From: Rhina ancylostomus
Lineage: Eukaryota
DNA length: 63,668 nucleotides
Direction of reading: 5' to 3'
Assembly: GCA_030265395.1 (NCBI GenBank)
Contig: JARFYF010000002.1
Span: forward strand, 46,634,688-46,698,355
Positions 63,552 to 63,668 of the stretch are shown in pieces (within the stretch, counting starts at the first letter, position 1; every line of letters begins with the position of its first letter). The position numbers and the translations under genes were made by a program. The notes below the pieces were generated by a model, which saw only the letters and a list, made by a program, of their open reading frames with translations, had not been told where the DNA came from and searched no databases.

Positions 63552-63668
63552 TTTCAATTCTGGCCGCTGTCTGTAAGGAGTTTGTACGTTTTCCCTGTGT
63601 CTGTGTGGGTTTCCTCTGGGTGCTCCGGTTTCCTCCCACATTCCAAAGATGTACGGGTTAGGAAGTTG
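63552..63668 (+). mobile_element. V-SINE, partial, runs off the window
   Basis: B box ttcaattc and core ctgtaaggagtttgtacg..gggtttcctctgggtgctccggtttcctcccacattccaaag; same family as 36523-36773. Confidence 0.9.

Overview
Vertebrate genomic DNA, almost certainly elasmobranch (shark/ray) judging by its repeats: CR1, L2, Rex1, Tx1, Penelope-derived elements, V-SINE/HE1-like SINEs and Deu-domain SINEs. It comes from a gapped assembly with many 100-N gaps. I found no intact protein-coding gene. The window opens with a CpG-rich promoter-like element and a strong splice donor. The main result comes from translating the apparently anonymous AT-rich DNA between the transposons on the + strand, allowing stops and frameshifts. 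Nearly every such block I translated from ~0.3 kb to ~63 kb shows extracellular cadherin (EC) repeat motifs in canonical order: PxF..Y...V.EN..GT.V..V.A.D.D..N..I.Y.I....F.I...TG.I.....LDRE/LDYE..Y.L.V.A.D.G.P.LS..V.I.V.D.NDN. The window therefore appears to be the heavily decayed fossil of a very large, apparently intron-poor cadherin-repeat gene or gene array, later riddled with transposons. The motif readings are by eye and need profile-HMM confirmation; TE boundaries are approximate.
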